Shown piece by piece: positions 36,762 through 49,100 of a stretch of DNA of 64,000 nucleotides. Each line of letters starts with the position of its first letter. Within the stretch, counting starts at the first letter, position 1. The notes beneath the pieces are model-generated. The model was not told where the DNA came from. It ran no database searches and worked only from the letters and a program-made list of their open reading frames with translations. Origin of the DNA: Nemertoderma westbladi. Taxonomy: Eukaryota > Animalia > Xenacoelomorpha. A program made the translations under genes and the position numbers. Location of the stretch: positions 25,432 through 89,431 of the forward strand of contig JAUCBJ010001151.1 of NCBI GenBank assembly GCA_032718475.1, read 5' to 3'.

Positions 36762-38019
36762 ATTACTACAACTGGAACATATAGTCAAGTTAATCTATAT
36801 GACTCAAACAATTGATACGAACTAGCTAACGATAGATATAAAAGATTACAGGATTATAACCATTACTGCCAGGGATCTGGAGATATTGGAAAAACTTGCT
36901 CTTTCAGCGTAACGGTCGTAAACATATTTTCCATCCACTCATTAGTCATTACAATGCTATTAGAAAAATATTTATTAGTTGTACATTATTTAACCGACAT
37001 AGCTAATTACAACATACTGACATAGATATAAGATTCTAAAAAACATATGGCATTGTTAGTTTGGTAATGATCATGCCATTTTAGTTTGTATTTAATTAAT
37101 GCCAACAATGTTGAATTTTTGGCATTTTTTAAATCACATTTTGGGGATGCTGTAAAAAAATATTGGCGAGGGTTATGGAACATTTGAAAACAGTTTTATG
37201 AAGCACAATATACAGATATATGTGCTTCATAGAGTGCTATAGACTGATAGACTCAAAACAATAGAAAGCATTTCTAAATTAAATACTATCATTTTTCACC
37301 AAAAGGTTTACGTTAAGCAAAATTGCTTGGAATGGCTGAGAGTGAGAACATGTGTTAGTCACTTAGCAATCAATTTTGATCGGTCCGACGAATCTGTACA
37401 AAAAAGTACAAAAAAATGTGGGCATCCATTCACTATTAAAGTACAGAAGTAGGCCTATGTCAATGTCAGTAGGCCTATGTGAACTAAAGCAGTAAAGTGC
37501 TATGGTCTGCAAATTTTTTTACATCTCATCCCACTGTCCCAGCATCCGCCTGTCCGCGCACTTCACACTTCATGACTTTTGATATTTTGCACAGATTACT
37601 GCGCACTTTTGTTGTCTTTCACATAATTTCGCGCACTTTTATTTCAATTCCGAGCGCTTTTACCACGCACTATTTCAAATACGCGCACAACGTTCAGCAC
37701 AAAGGCGTTGCGATTTTTGCACTTCATTTGCAGCCTGGTATATACTGCAGTACTGGAAGTGGTATATGATAGACAAGTCTGCCAGTAGGCAGATAGAGAC
37801 TCTGACAGTCTGAAGTCAGATAGTCTGCTGAACGGACTGACGGAATGAATGGTAGTGCTGTCGCCTGGCAGTGTACGAGTGTACCGTACAGCGTCTGACT
37901 GTCTGAGCGTGCTCCCTCCTTAACTTTATTAATTAATGTACCGGTAGCCTACATCTGTACATAGCAGCATAGCATAGTGAGATTCAGATAGGTGGATAGT
38001 ATGATATCTGACTATGGCT

Positions 38020-38470
38020 TGTTAACAATGTTACAGTACGCCACGTGCTGCGCGAAGGTATCTTAAACGTTTCAACAGCATGCAGGCATGTTACACAATG
38101 TTACAGTACGCCACGTTCTGCGTGAAGGTCTCTTAAACGTTTCAACAGTTTGTTACACAATCTGACAATGTTGGAGTACGTCACATGCTGCGCGAAGGTC
38201 TCTTAAACGTTTGAACAGCTTGTTGTTGTTACACAAGGTCACAGTGCGCCACGTGCTGCGCGAAGGTCTCTTAAATGTTTCAACAGCTTGTTACACAAAT
38301 GTTACAGTTCGCCACATGCTGCGCGAAGGTCTCAATCGTTTCAATAGATTGTTTCAGTATCTCACATACCGGTACTGCGTGAAGGTCAGAAGGTAGGAAG
38401 GTATCTTAATCATTTCAACAGATTGTTACAGTACCCATGTGCTGCACGAAAGGTCTCTTAAACGTTTGAT
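38020..38470. repeat. Diverged ~55-60-bp minisatellite, about 7-8 copies
   Basis: Recurring ACAATGTTACAGTACGCCACGTGCTGCGCGAAGGTCTCTTAAACGTTTCAACAG. Confidence 0.9.
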
Positions 38471-39074
38471 CTGATTATTTCAGTCGTTTTCTTCACGTTT
38501 TTTAGGTGGTTTGAGTTGGTTTGCAGTGCAGACTTCATTTCACATTCCGATAATATTTATTGACATTCTAGTCTTTAAAATTTATTTACGTCAGTACGTT
38601 GTACATTGACAAAGTGAAACAAAATAGAAAGATCAATTTCATTCAGAAAGACAACTGTGGGCTTAGGTGCTAAGTGCTGCTATGTGCTGTTCAATACAAA
38701 CAATACGCTACCCATTCTGCCATTTTCAGATTTTACTGCAGTGTAATGCATAATGTACGTACAGCAGTACAGTAGTATAGTGCTGATGGAAAGACAAAAT
38801 TCAGAAATTGGACCTAAATTCCAAAATTGGATGCGCAAAATTTAAAATGTCGGTCGGCCATCCCTGCAAACATTTTTACCAAATCTTTACACTATTCACA
38901 GCCTGACAGCAGTATTAGTCCCGTATTTTAGATCTGGCAGTGATTTTTTATGTCCTTTTATTTGACTTTTTGTGTCCTCCTTTTTTTACGAATTGTGCAT
39001 AATGACTTTTGTGCGTGTGTCCCTTTAATGACTTTTGTTGTCCTTTTAATGACTTTTTATGTATGTATTTCTTC

Positions 39075-39270
39075 AAACTGTCAGACTGCTGATTTCTGGA
39101 CTGTCAGACAGTTGATTTCAACATGCCTATGCCAAAACATTCAAAATTTGTTGATTTATGGTCTGTCGGACAGTTGGTTTCACTATGCCTGTGCCAAAAC
39201 ATTCAAAATTCCATGATTTATAGACTATGAGCTAGATTTCCATATGCGCCTGTGGTAAAAGACTCTAAAT
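39075..39270. repeat. Diverged ~60-bp repeat, about 3 copies
   Basis: ATGCCT(A/G)TGCCAAAACATTCAAAATT...GATTTAT near 39123 and 39185, with partial flanking copies. Confidence 0.7.
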
Positions 39271-39329
39271 TTAATAGTTTGTGGTTGTTGTCGATAATCG
39301 ATTACCACATGACGTAGCAAAACACTCAT

Positions 39330-39878
39330 TTTATAGCCAAAAACAATTACCAATTGATGGAAAGGAGCAGGTTAAGGCCGGATTTTCTAACCAAATCAAT
39401 AAACATTCACTTTACCAAATGAAGGAAAGGAGCAGGTTACAGAGGCTAGCCTTTCTAACCAAAACAATAAACGGTCACTTTACCAAATCAGGGAAAGGAG
39501 CAGGTTACAGAGGCGGGATTTTCGAACCAAAACAATAAACAATCAATTTACCAAATGAAGGAAAGGAGCAGGTTACATAAAATGGTATTTTCTAACCAAA
39601 ACAATAAACGATAACATTACCAATTGAGAGAAAGGAGCAGGTTACAGAGGCGGGATTTTCTAACCAAAAACAATAAACGATCATTTAACTAATTGAGGGA
39701 AAGGGGCAGGTTACAGAGGCGGGATTTTCTAACCAAAACAATAAACAGTCACTTTACAAAATAGAGGAAAGGAGCAGGTTACAGAGGCGGGCCTTTCTAA
39801 CCAAAACAATAAACGGTCACTTTACCAAATCAGGGAAAGGAGCAGGTTACAGAGGCGGGATTTTCTAACCAAAACAAC
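39330..39878. repeat. ~62-bp minisatellite, about 9 copies
   Basis: Recurring GGAAAGGAGCAGGTTACAGAGGCGGGATTTTCTAACCAAAACAATAAACG. Confidence 0.93.
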
Positions 39879-40039
39879 CGGTCAGCCGGTAGGCCTACCA
39901 TTACCGTATTTAAATGGTAGGCTACACAATAGGCCTACAGCAGTACCGGTGCCGGAACCGGTACTAAAATACCTAAAATACCTGCTTTATACCTACATCT
40001 GTACATATAATACTGCAAAATAGTGCTCTATATACTATT

Positions 40040-40232
40040 ACCGGTACTGATAGCCTGAGAGATCAGCAGTAGAGAAACCGGTAGCATGGAACCTAACGGT
40101 AAATTTCTGGAGGACATAAAAAGTTTAAAAAAAAATACCGGTACTGATAGCCTGAGAGAACAGCAGTAGAGAAACCGGTAGCATGTAACGTAACGGTAAA
40201 TTTCTGGAGGACATAAAAAGTAAAAAAAAAAA
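40040..40232. repeat. 97-bp tandem duplication
   Basis: ACCGGTACTGATAGCCTGAGAG...GGAGGACATAAAAAGT plus an A-run starts at 40040 and again at 40137. Confidence 0.9.
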
Positions 40233-40295
40233 GGCATCATGAGTGATTTAAACGGACAATAAAAATTATTGCGTTTAGATCTTATTTTAACCTAG

Positions 40296-40415
40296 TAATA
40301 ATAATAATAATAATAATATATATTTATATAGCGCCTTTCTGAACATATTTCAAGCCGCATAAAAAACTAATTGAAACCAACTTAAAAACTTTAAAAAACT
40401 GCGTTCTAAAAAGAA
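40296..40415 (-). mobile_element. Probable 3' tail of a CR1/L2-type LINE or SINE
   Basis: On - it reads ...GGCGCTATATAAATATATATTATTATT(ATT)n, a typical CR1/L2-clade end, preceded by an FLFRT-like frame. Confidence 0.4.
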
Positions 40416-40470
40416 ATGAAATGAAATGAAATGAAATGAAAAGAAATGGAAGGAAATGGAATGGAATGGT
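40412..40470. repeat. (GAAAT)n / (GGAAT)n pentamer microsatellite
   Basis: Directly visible at the 5' junction of the LINE. Confidence 0.9.
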
Positions 40471-40489
40471 CAAGAAATGAAAACAAATA

Positions 40490-41912
40490 AGTTGGTGCCA
40501 GTTCCCAAGAAGGGCAACCTAACACTCTATGGTTCTTTTCGGAGAATCTCATTGATCTCGATTGCTGCAAAGCTGTACAATAAAATTCTATTAAAACGCA
40601 TCAGGGATCCCATTGAGAGACTGCTCCGTGGAAATCAGAATGGGTTCCGTAAAGGTCGTAGGACCATGGAGCCCATTTTGGCACTTAGAAGGATAATTGA
40701 AGAGTTATCAAAAAAGAAAGACAGGCATCTGGCTGTTATCTTTGTTGACTTCTTCAAGGCCTTTGATTCAGTCTCTCGCTCACGTATGTTCAGCATACTT
40801 TCATTATATGGGATCCCTGATGAAATTATTGCAGCAATCAGATCAGTATACGATGGTTCGACAACATTTGTGTCTACTGTTGACGGTGACACAGAACCAT
40901 TTGAAGTGTTATGGGGCGTCCTCCAGGGAGACACACTTGCACCATTCTTGTTCATAATTGTTGTTGACTATGTTCTACGCATGTCCTTAGATCATCATAA
41001 TGATGATGGGGTGATGATAACTCCACCTACTGGCCCCAGAAGTCGAGGAAATCCTGCCAAGTACCTAACTGATCTAGACTTTGCTGATGACTTAGGAGTA
41101 CTATCAGAATCACTAGAGGAAGCCCAACGGCTCCTCAGCTCATTAGAACATGCTGCTTCTAGTGTTGGTCTTTTTATTAACTCCAGAAAGACCAAAATTT
41201 TGACAGTTAACCTTGAAAGTTCTCAGCAAGTCTCTGATCAGATGAGCATAAGCTCAAATGATGGTATGCTTGAGCATGTGGACGACTTCTGATACCTGGG
41301 ATCATGGATCCGGAAGTCAGGTGAGGACCTTCGAATACGTAAGGGAAAGGCATGGGCAGCCTTGAATAGGCTTTCCAGGATTTGGAAGTCACCGAGAATT
41401 AATCGGAAACTTAAGGTCCGATTATTTAGAGCAGCAGTAGTTCCAGTACTCCTCTATGGGAGACCATGCTGGGCTCTAACTGCTGAGGATACCAAATCTC
41501 TGGATGGCACATTCACAAGAATGCTACGCCGGGTTCATTGTGTCAAGTACAATGCACACATCTCCAACCAGACACTATATAACATTGGAGGTGTGTCATT
41601 GGTTCCCCCAAGCTTGACACTAGAACAAAATCGCCTCCGCTTTGCAGGTCATTTGCAGGACATTTGCTTTCGCCATGAGGACCAGCCAGTGCATAATCTT
41701 GTACTTTGGAAGCCTCATGGAGTGAATACGCATGGTGGACAGCCCATGACTTTCTTGAGACGCATCTTAAAGGGCACTGGTCTTGAAGATGCGGAAGATC
41801 TAGCAAATGTCATGGGTGATAGGGAGTTGTGGCGGCGCAATTTTGTCGACAAGCCGGCACAGCATTCTTAAAAATGCAGCTGCAATGCAGCATGCCGATA
41901 CTAGTAGTAGTA
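40490..41912 (+). mobile_element. 5'-truncated RTE-like non-LTR retrotransposon (RT pseudogene)
   Basis: VPVPKKGNL, QNGFRKGR, FVDFFKAFDSV, GVLQGDTLAPFLF, DLDFADD. One in-frame TGA at 41290-41292 in DDF*YLGS joins the two listed ORFs; the frame ends at 41871 and a short (TAG)n tail follows near 41901. Confidence 0.92.
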
Positions 41913-42668
41913 TCATCACACATTAAAGTGCTACTTTACACATAATGTAAATATTTATAATACTAGAGGTGTACTGTAGGTAGACAACTGTAGGTTATGG
42001 CACGCCTTCCCCTCACGCATAAGATTTATTTTCATGTGTTCTAAGCTCTAACTGGAGTTGTTTTCGAATCAAATAGGGTAGGCTTTATTATCTCTTCTTT
42101 ACCATTGAAAGTTTCTTAGGTTTTCTTAACTGTTACCAGGGTTACATCTGACAACAATATTACTGTATTAACTAATTGAGTCTGATGTTTGACGAAGTAC
42201 TGGTCTAGGCTACTTTAGTACCGGTACACTCCACTGCCTGCACCTGTTGTCAGTACAACACAGCAGCTGCAGTACCCACCTGGTACTCACCCAGTACTGA
42301 ACTGAACTAAATCTTGTTAATTTAATTATGCAATTGTTTTTCGTTTGGTTTGTTTTTAACTTTTCGGAACGCCTAACCAGCTAACTGGTTTCGGTCCGTA
42401 TTCCACTGGCGGTTTGTACCGTACCTAGCAGGCTAAATAATTTCAAGCCTGAAGCATTTACAGTAGGAGTAGGCCTATGCTACGCCCACATATTTGCTGT
42501 TTCTGTTTGTAATTTCAATTTAGGCCTATAGAAAATTAGGCCCTAATATATGTTAGGCCTATGCCGGTACCCCTAGGGTCCATTTTTCATTTGTATTGGA
42601 GAGTTTAAGTTAATTCGTTGTATCACTAGGGTACCGTCTCAGTAACGTAATTATTACATTAGTATAAG

Positions 42669-42692
42669 TTCTTTCTGACTTTGTCACTGCAG
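42669..42692 (+). promoter_or_regulatory. Candidate splice acceptor 13 nt upstream of the RP2 ATG
   Basis: TTCTTTCTGACTTTGTCACTGCAG: pyrimidine tract, CTGAC branch-like motif and CAG. Confidence 0.4.
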
Positions 42693-42705
42693 TGACGTTA
42701 ATTAA

Positions 42706-43788
42706 ATGGGTGCGTTACTATCACTTTGTTTTGGTGGAGGACATTCTTCTAGTTCGAATAATAAGGATGACGTGGCTAATAAACCCGGGGAAGTTAATAC
42801 AACAAAACAGCCGCAATACAGTTGGGATGTTAAGAATAAAATAGATCCCAAAGATTTTACGATTAGCAAAGAAGAGAACGAAACATGTTGCCGACTTCCT
42901 GGAAAAATCAACGGCCAACAGTTTATAATTCAGGATTGCATCGACAGTAGAATTTATCTATTCGATCATATAGCGACAATTTCTATCGACGACTGCAGAG
43001 GTTGTTGTTTAATCGTTGGCCCTGTTAAAGGCAGTGTATTTATTCGCGATTGCACGGACTGCAAAATTATAGTTGCGTGTCAGCAGTTTCGCACGAGGGA
43101 TTGTCGTGATATTGATATAATTCTTTGCTGCAACACTCAGCCTATAATCGAATCCAGTATTGGTATGAGATTCGCGTGTTACCAGTATTTCTATGAAGGT
43201 TTGGATTCGCAATTTATTTCCGCGAGGATAAGCCCGTATAACAACTCCTGGTGGAACCCCTACGATTTCACCCCGTCTCTAGACGACCCCAACTGGTCTC
43301 TCCTACCCCTCGACGACTTGTCGCAGCTGGTTCCGCCCCATCCAGACTTCGAGGTGTCCTACTCCCCAGACACAAGCGTAGTTCCCCTAACAACCGGCTC
43401 TCGCCTCGTCCCTTCTTCCTCCAGTTGTCTCGTCGTATTTTTCCCGGTCGACGGAAAACTCTCCTTGATTCGGGACTACATACGGAGAATCGTAGAGGAC
43501 CAGGAGACCGTGGTCAGTCTGAGGCAGACACGTCAGGTAACCATGGGGACGCAGGACGCCGACAGAGTGTTTGGCGATGCGGGTAAGTCGTTCGGGGCGG
43601 CGGTGGAGAAGGGCCCGGTCGTCGGGTTGGAATTGGTCGGAAACACCGAGGTATCCAGAATCTGTAAGGAAGCCGCTAAAGCCGCTACTAAAGGGACAGA
43701 CGCACTCTACTACGTATCTCCTGAGAAAGCCGCCCTAGCAGATATCGACCAGTTCATTAATTACTGCGACATGCACATGAGTGTTTGA
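42706..43788 (+). CDS. RP2: Protein XRP2 (RP2; TBCC-domain ARL3 GAP), single coding exon, 360 aa
   Basis: MG...CF acylation-type N-terminus, QYSWD...DPKDF, RLPGKINGQQFIIQDC, GPVKGSVFIRDC, ACQQFRTRDC, TQPIIESS, and an NDK-like C-terminal region (GPVVGLE). Confidence 0.96.
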   Translation: MGALLSLCFGGGHSSSSNNKDDVANKPGEVNTTKQPQYSWDVKNKIDPKDFTISKEENETCCRLPGKINGQQFIIQDCIDSRIYLFDHIATISIDDCRGCCLIVGPVKGSVFIRDCTDCKIIVACQQFRTRDCRDIDIILCCNTQPIIESSIGMRFACYQYFYEGLDSQFISARISPYNNSWWNPYDFTPSLDDPNWSLLPLDDLSQLVPPHPDFEVSYSPDTSVVPLTTGSRLVPSSSSCLVVFFPVDGKLSLIRDYIRRIVEDQETVVSLRQTRQVTMGTQDADRVFGDAGKSFGAAVEKGPVVGLELVGNTEVSRICKEAAKAATKGTDALYYVSPEKAALADIDQFINYCDMHMSV

Positions 43789-43936
43789 TTGTCATATTTT
43801 CCACTTTCCTTATATTTTTTTCTCTTTCCTATATTTTAACCAAAAACGCTCGATCTAATGTTACTGAGAATATCAGAGTCATATCAATCTCCCCGAATGT
43901 TGTGAATACTTTTGGCAAGGCTGCTTACCTTACGGC

Positions 43937-44361
43937 ATGGCGAGAGGCCCACGCAAGCAAACAATCGGTTCGCTACAACATAAACAATAGTAAGATCTAA
44001 TCAATATTATCGCGGAAATTTATCTGTGACTTCTCGGACTATAGAAGATATTATTTCGTATTCACATAACATTTGTAGCAAATGGATTAATTTGCTTGAG
44101 AAGGGGCGAGTTATAATTCAATTTATTCGGCAAGGTGATTCGGCGAGGATTATTATTGGAGGCGATACATCGTATGGGATATAAAGTGGAGGATATTCTG
44201 TTAAACTAGAGGAATTATGTAACCAATTATACAACGTCCTCAGTGAACTAGAGCTTGTAGTTACTAAGGCAAAAAAAACAGTAACAAGAAAGTCAAGATA
44301 CGAATCTTTATTTAAGATTTTTCAATTAATGTTAAACGTGCTAAAAAGATCACACATTTAA
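43937..44361 (+). pseudogene. CINP-like (CDK2-interacting protein) disrupted reading frame
   Basis: Manual translation from 44011: RGNLSVTSRTIEDIISYSHNICSKWINLLEKG...SYGI*SGGYSVKLEELCNQLYNVLSELELVVTK, resembling my recollection of the CINP N-terminal half. In-frame TAA at 44182; candidate ATG (MARGPRK) at 43937 is in another frame. Confidence 0.5.
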
Positions 44362-44749
44362 TCACTGCAATGTGAACCTTTTATTGCTTATTAATTGTCG
44401 TACAGTATAAAAAAAACTCAAAACTCGTCACTGCTTCCTGATGTTATTTAGTTGTATTAATTTTAGTGAAATGGTTGTTTTCTTATACTTTTAATGTCCT
44501 GCGGTTCTATTTATATAACATATTTATTATGGAGTTACTGTAGTTTAATTGAATTGAAACTACTTTTTTTTAGAGATGCCTAATTCCATTAGCGCCCTGC
44601 TGTTATGTAACAGCTCTCAGAGTATATCACTCTACTAAATCTTGTTTATTACCCCTAGAAAATCGATTACGGGTGTTCGAAACTTATCAGCGAATGAGAA
44701 ACACCTAAGGCACTTATTCCTTATCGGCTGTAAGGCAAACAGGGTGCCA

Positions 44750-44965
44750 CACTAACTCCCAAGGTTGAACACTCAATTAACTATCCAACCATTTGAATTT
44801 ACTTCCTGGGCTGCCGAACCCAGGTTCCCATTGTAACGCTGGGTTGGCGAAAACACTAATTTAAATTAATAAGGTAATTTACATGGATTTGAAGCTGCGC
44901 CTTCAAACATTATTATTGTAACGGCTAACAGTGCAGTCGCTACATCCACGCCGTCACTAGGACTA
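44750..44965 (-). mobile_element. Possible decayed tRNA-derived SINE
   Basis: Imperfect B-box-like GCTTCAAATCC on - near 44884-44894 with a weak A-box-like stretch upstream; poorly conserved. Confidence 0.25.
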
Positions 44966-46105
44966 CGATTAATTATTCAAATAGTCTGAATATAAGAAGT
45001 ACGTGTACGTATACCACCAAATTAATAGCACAGTTTTTCGCTTTACCGTGAACATTTTAAGAAGTGAAAACATAGTTAATTATTGATTTTCAAAAAAATT
45101 GTTAGTAATTGAATGGGAGAATATTTTAGGCTCATTAGGCCAATGAATACCTACCTATTCACCACCATGGGTGATCTTCCGGATCGTTATAAATCCCTAA
45201 AATAACGAAAAAGACGAAATTATTAACGAAATTATCGAAATAAAACTTTAAATAAAATCTCGATTTCCAGTGAGTTCGGAATTATTAGAAGGCACACTTT
45301 ATATTTTTTAATTAATAAAATCCGATAATTTCGCTTCGACCCTAAAAGTAATTTAATACCAAATACTGGCGTTAATCCAATGATGTCAAAACACATGTGT
45401 AATAGACTGGCCCTTCCTAGGCCCATCTAGGTCGTTATATAGATATATTAGCTGGATAGACTGCCTGCAATGGACTATATGCGCATGGCTTATTATTACA
45501 GTCTATTATACATACTAGCCAGTTGTACCCGGAGGTACCGTACGCCGTAATGCGTAGCGTATGCAGTGTTGGGAAAGGGTACCGGCTAACCGGACCGGTT
45601 CGTTTAACTTTACACCCCTTCAGGCTGTACCATGCTTGTAATACACTAGAGCACGTTCGTGGGGCCATCGCGCACGACGAGGCTCAGTTATTAGATACCG
45701 TACATATTAAAATTGAGCAATTCTATCCCAAAATCGGTACTTAAGAAATTTAAATAAATAATTAAGAAAATTTAACCAAACTTTTACTTAAAAAAAAACT
45801 TTCGTATTGGCAGCTTGGCATCGATGTCATAGAAGTCCACAGTCAAACTACTCAAAAAATTCAATGCATTCTTCAGTCCTCGAGTCTCGCTCATCGGTTA
45901 ACCCGCAGTTTGCCCTTGGCTGGGTATTGCAGCATTGGGCTGTTGGGGTACCTAGTGCAGTAGTGGATACCGGAACATGGAATACAGGTCAGCTGGTACA
46001 ACCTGACAATATGTCAGTAAGTCTTAAGTCCGCATAATTTCAAAACTTCCATGGTTGCCTTTGCCGAGGCGATTGGTGGGTGGCGCCAACGACCTTGTTA
46101 ACGAC

Positions 46106-49100
46106 CAGTAAACCCTTCCACTCTGTTCCCAAACCAATGCCTGTTCACCACCATGTGTGATCTTCCACAGTAAATCCTTCCACCCTGTTTCCTAAAGGAA
46201 TGCCTGTTCACCACCATGTGTGATCTTCCACAGTAAATCCTTCCACTCTGTGTCCTAAAGGAATGTCTGTTCACCACCATGGATGATCTTCCACAGTAAA
46301 CCCATCCACTCAGGTTTCCTAAAGGAATGCCTGTTCACCACCATGTGTGATCTTCCACAGTAAATCCTTCCACTCTGTGTCCTAAAGGAATGTCTGTTCA
46401 CCACCATGGATGATCTTCCACAGTAAACCCATCCACTCAGGTTTCCTAAAGGAATGCCTGTTCACCACCATGTGTGATCTTCCACAGTAAACCCTTCCAC
46501 TCTGTTTCCTAAAGGAATGCCTGTTCACCACCATGTGTGATCTTCCACAGTAAATCCTTCCACTCTGTGTCCTAAAGGAATGTCTGTTCACCACCATGGA
46601 TGATCTTCCACAGTAAACCCATCCACTCAGGTTTCCTAAAGGAATGCCTGTTCACCATCATGGGTGATCTTCCACAGTAAACGCTTCCACTCTATTTCCC
46701 AAAGGAATGCCTGTTCACCACCATGGATGATCTTCCACAGTAAACCCTTCCACTCTGTTTCCTAAAGGAATGCCTGTTCACCGCCATGAGTGATCTTCCA
46801 CAGTAAACCCTTCCACTCTGTTTCCTAAAGGAATGCCTGTACACTACCATGGGTGATCTTCCACAGTAAATCCTTCCACTCTGTGTCCTAAAGGAATGTC
46901 TGTTCACCACCATGGATGATCTTCCACAGTAAACACATCCACTCTGTTTCCTAAAGGAATGCCTGTACACTACCATGGGTGATCTTCCACAGTAAACCCT
47001 TTCACTCTGTTTCCTAAAGGAATGCCTGTTCCCCACCATGGATGATCTTCCACAGTAAACCCTTCCACTCTGTTTCCTAAAGGAATGCCTGTACACTACC
47101 ATGGGTGATCTTCCACAGTAAACCTTCCACTCTGGTTCCTAAGGAATGCCTGTTCACCACCATGGGTGATCTTCCACAGTAAACCCTTCCACTCTGGTTC
47201 CTAAAGGAATGCCTGTTCACCACCATGGGTGATCTTCCACAGTAAACCCTTCCACTCTGGTTCCTAAAGGAATGCCTGTTCACCACCATGGGTGATCTTC
47301 CACAGTAAACCCTTCCACTCTGGTTCCTAAAGGAATGCCTGTTCACCACCATGGGTGATCTTCCACAGTAAACCCTTCCACTCTGGTTCCTAAAGGAATG
47401 AGTGTTCACCACCATGGGTGATCTTCCACAGTAAACCACTTCACTCTGTTTCATAAAGGAATGCCTGTTCACCACCATGGGTTATCTTCCACAGTAAACC
47501 ACTTCACTCTGTTTCATAAAGGAATGCCTGTTCACCACCATGGGTGATCTTCCACAGTAAACGCTTCCACTCTGTTTCCTAAAGGAATACCTGTTCACCA
47601 CCATGGGTGATCTTCCACAGTAAACGCTTCCACTCTGTTTCCTAAAGGAATACCTGTTCACCACCATGGGTGATCTTCCACAGTAAACCCTTCCACTCTG
47701 GTTCCTAAAGGAATGCCTGTTCACCACCATGGGTGATCTTCCACAGTAAACCACTTCACTCTGTTTCATAAAGGAGTGCCTGTTCACCACCATGGGTGAT
47801 CTTCCACAGTAAACGCTTCCACTCTGTTTCCTAAAGGAATACCTGTTCACCACCATGGGTGATCTTCCACAGTAAACGCTTCCACTCTGTTTCCTAAAGG
47901 AATACCTGTTCACCACCATGGGTGATCTTCCACAGTCTTCCACTCTGTTTCCCAAAGGAATGCCTGTTCACCACCATGGGTGATCTTCCACAGTAAACCC
48001 TTCCACTCTGTTTCCTAAAGGAATACCTGTTCACCACCATGGGTGATCTTTCACAGTAAACCCTTCCACTCTGCTTCCTAAAGGAATGCCTGTTCACCAC
48101 CATGGGTGATCTTCCACAGTAAACCACCATCCACTCTGTTTCCCAAAGGAATGCCTGTTCACCACCATGGGTGATCTTCCACAGTAAACCCTTCCACTCT
48201 GTTTCCTAAAGGAATACCTGTTCACCACCATGGGTGATCTTCCACAGTAAACCCTTCCACTCTGTTTCCTAAAGGAATGCCTGTTCACCACCATGGGTGA
48301 TCTTCCACAGTAAACCACCATCCACTCTGGTTCCTAAAGGAATGCCTGTTCACCACCATGGGTGATCTTCCACAGTAAACCCTTCCACTCTGGTTCCTAA
48401 AGGAATGCCTGTTCACCACCATGGGTGATCTTCCACAGTAAACCCTTCCACTCTGGTTCCTAAAGGAATGCCTGTTCACCACCATGGGTGATCTTCCACA
48501 GTAAACCCTTCCACTCTGGTTCCTAAAGGAATGAGTGTTCACCACCATGGGTGATCTTCCACAGTAAACCACTTCCACTCTGTTTCATAAAGGAATGCCT
48601 GTTCACCACCATGGGTGATCTTCCACAGTAAACCACTTCACTCTGTTTCATAAAGGAATGCCTGTTCACCACCATGGGTGATCTTCCACAGTAAACGCTT
48701 CCACTCTGTTTCCTAAAGGAATACCTGTTCACCACCATGGGTGATCTTCCACAGTAAACCCTTCCACTCTGGTTCCTAAAGGAATGCCTGTTCACCACCA
48801 TGGGTGATCTTCCACAGTAAACCACTTCACTCTGTTTCATAAAGGAGTGCCTGTTCACCACCATGGGTGATCTTCCACAGTAAACGCTTCCACTCTGTTT
48901 CCTAAAGGAATACCTGTTCACCACCATGGGTAATCTTCCACAGTAAACGCTTCCACTCTGTTTCCTAAAGGAATACCTGTTCACCACCATGGGTGATCTT
49001 CCACAGTAAACGCTTCCACTCTGTTTCCTAAAGGAATACCTGTTCACCACCATGGGTGATCTTCCACAGTCTTCCACTCTGTTTCCCAAAGGAATGCCTG

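Noticed and set aside
41290-41292. TGA as programmed readthrough or selenocysteine in the LINE RT
   Set aside because: It falls at the variable position of the F.YLGS motif in a 5'-truncated dead copy; an ordinary nonsense mutation is simpler.
45800-46097. Protein-like short frames on - (e.g. GLKNALNFLSSLTVDFYDIDAK)
   Set aside because: Short, interrupted and with no recognisable family; cannot be supported without a search.
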